A DNA stretch of 890 nt from a phage: the sequence record AB841360.1, one strand, 5' to 3'. This document shows, in pieces, positions 1 through 890 of the stretch (position 1 is the first letter of the stretch; each line of letters begins with the position of its first letter). Under the pieces are notes generated by a model, which was given only the letters and a program-made list of their open reading frames with translations, did not search any database and had not been told where the DNA came from. The translations under genes and the position numbers were made by a program.

Positions 1-794
1 AGCTTCCCGCCTACCGTTACAGTTCTGCCATCTGCTAACTGAACTGTACGCTCATTATTCCCAACCGCCCCTTTCATTGATGCTCTCTGCATCGATAAAT
101 CCTGACCGCGCATCGTGATGTTCTGGCCTCGTGCTGTTAGCGCCTCGCCAGCCTGATTGCTGCGGATTGTCTCTGCCAGTCTGCCTCGGTCAATCTCACG
201 ACCAACGATTCTGTCTTGTGCCTGAAAATATTGTTCTGGACCAAGTGCAGCCATTCCAAGGTGATCAACAAACTCTGTGAAACCTTGTGGATTTTGCTGA
301 TACATTTTCGCCACATCCAGAGGGTCTACTCCGGCACGAGTAAGCTCAGATGAGTTGTTCTGCAACCATGACATCATGGCTTCTGGAGATGAAGCTGCGA
401 GTCTGGCACTTGCTGCCAGTGTACCGACAGTGGAACGCTGGTCTTCATCGACAAATTTCATGCCGTTTCTTACAGCGTCAAACTGCTCAGGATACTGTGA
501 TGCCAGCTTTCGCATTGCATCGCGGTCACCAGATGTATATGCATCAGCATAAGCCTGCTGAAACTCTTGCTGCCGCTTCTGCTGATCCATCTGCTTATAC
601 ATATCCATGACAGATGAAATGCCCTGCAAAGCCTGCAAGCCAACGTTATTACGTCCTGAGCGCTCCATTTCGTTGTTCTGGCGAATATAGGCCAACGCCT
701 CACTTACATCACTTGCCTTTGGCGCATTTGAGTTTTGCCCACCGATACCAGCAAGAAAACCGCCTGAGTTGATTCCTTGTTGCCAAGTAGCCAT
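1..794 (-). CDS. Hypothetical Gln/Ala/Met-rich protein, N-terminal 264 aa; 3' end lies beyond the window start. Possibly a phage structural or internal virion protein, but function is unassigned.
   Basis: Hand translation of the minus strand from ATG (complement of 792..794) gives 264 sense codons with no stop down to position 3. None of the plus-strand triplets at positions 3,6,...,792 is tta, cta or tca. A stop-free run this long is expected by chance at roughly 10^-5 to 10^-6 in random ~50% GC sequence. Translation begins MATWQQGINSGGFLAGIGGQNSNAPKASDVSEALAYIRQNNEMERSGRNNVGLQALQGISSVMDMYKQMDQQKRQQEFQQAYADAYTSGDRDAMRKLASQYPEQFDAVRNGMKFVDEDQRS... and ends in-window ...GQDLSMQRASMKGAVGNNERTVQLADGRTVTVGGK. 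The start is preceded by an SD-like AGGTG with a 5-nt spacer. By hand count there are about 28 Gln and no Cys. Product assignment is inference only; I recognise no catalytic motif. Confidence 0.85.
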   Translation of the reverse strand, partial: MATWQQGINSGGFLAGIGGQNSNAPKASDVSEALAYIRQNNEMERSGRNNVGLQALQGISSVMDMYKQMDQQKRQQEFQQAYADAYTSGDRDAMRKLASQYPEQFDAVRNGMKFVDEDQRSTVGTLAASARLAASSPEAMMSWLQNNSSELTRAGVDPLDVAKMYQQNPQGFTEFVDHLGMAALGPEQYFQAQDRIVGREIDRGRLAETIRSNQAGEALTARGQNITMRGQDLSMQRASMKGAVGNNERTVQLADGRTVTVGGK

Positions 795-798
795 ATTC

Positions 799-805
799 CC
801 ACCTT
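799..805 (-). promoter_or_regulatory. Shine-Dalgarno-like ribosome-binding site for the downstream minus-strand gene, overlapping the upstream stop codon (translational coupling).
   Basis: Minus-strand sequence reads 5'-TTT TAA GGTGGG AAT ATG-3'. AGGTG (complement of 800..804) matches the AGGUG portion of the canonical SD and sits 5 nt before the ATG at 794..792. The upstream TAA (806..804) overlaps the SD. Confidence 0.65.
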
Positions 806-890
806 AAAACAATGATCCAAGACCACCGATAATACCGCCACCAATAGCGCCAACAGCTGTACCTATTCCAGGCACCACAGAACCAATCAT
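804..890 (-). CDS. C-terminal end of an upstream ORF (or a complete 28-aa peptide if the ATG at 890..888 is the true start) with a glycine-zipper hydrophobic tail; 5' extent unknown.
   Basis: Minus-strand translation from 890 gives MIGSVVPGIGTAVGAIGGGIIGGLGSLF followed by TAA (complement of 804..806). Gly at residues 10, 14, 18 and 22 forms a GxxxGxxxGxxxG zipper in an otherwise hydrophobic stretch. The frame is open to the right window edge, so the ATG at 890..888 may be an internal Met of a longer protein. Confidence 0.55.
   Translation of the reverse strand: MIGSVVPGIGTAVGAIGGGIIGGLGSLF

Noticed and set aside
1-5. Window starts with agctt, a possible HindIII half-site (AAGCTT) suggesting a cloned restriction fragment
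   Set aside because: The preceding base is not in the window, so the site cannot be confirmed, and it carries no biological meaning for the locus.
355-552. Plus-strand 65-aa ORF from the supplied track
   Set aside because: Same reasoning: an antisense overlap with the long minus-strand gene, short, with no start signals.
350-610. Plus-strand 86-aa ORF from the supplied track
   Set aside because: It lies entirely inside the long minus-strand ORF on the opposite strand, has no convincing RBS, and gives a Cys/His/Trp-rich low-plausibility protein. It is a shadow ORF.
622-638. Short tandem repeat cctgcaaag-cctgcaag on the plus strand
   Set aside because: It sits inside the coding frame and simply encodes the repetitive peptide LQALQG. 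It is too short and imperfect to be a regulatory or recombination site.
470-703. Minus-strand 77-aa ORF from the supplied track
   Set aside because: It is on the minus strand but in a different frame from the 264-codon ORF (it starts at 703; the long frame is phased from 794). It is fully nested, and its product is Cys/Trp/Ser/Arg-rich as expected for an off-frame read of a real gene.
804-890. Upstream glycine-rich peptide as a class II microcin or bacteriocin precursor
   Set aside because: Only the C-terminal 28 residues are visible, no double-glycine leader or immunity or export genes are in view, and the coupled, same-frame layout with the large downstream gene fits a structural or membrane segment better. 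I kept it as a glycine-zipper observation only.
1-890. Assigning the long protein to a specific named phage protein (for example a T7-like internal core protein or a lambda-like tape-measure protein)
   Set aside because: I cannot run a search, and my recalled similarities are limited to compositional resemblance and short chance-level motifs such as AGVDPL. A specific family name would be invention.

Overview
This 890-bp window is almost entirely coding on the minus strand, and the supplied ORF track misses both genes because they run off the window edges. One long open frame runs from an ATG at 794..792 to the left edge (264 codons, 3' end outside the window). It encodes a Gln/Ala/Met-rich, cysteine-free protein I cannot assign to a named family. 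Immediately upstream, the last 28 codons of a second minus-strand ORF (890..804) end in a glycine-zipper hydrophobic tail (GxxxGxxxGxxxG). Its TAA stop overlaps a Shine-Dalgarno-like AGGTG placed 5 nt before the downstream ATG, a tightly coupled arrangement. The two ORFs share one reading frame and are separated only by that single TAA plus three sense codons. The three ORFs in the supplied track are out-of-frame shadows of the long gene. I see no RNA genes, CRISPR repeats, mobile-element ends or convincing promoters or terminators. A phage virion/ejection-type module is my best guess from composition and layout, but that is inference and not demonstrated homology.
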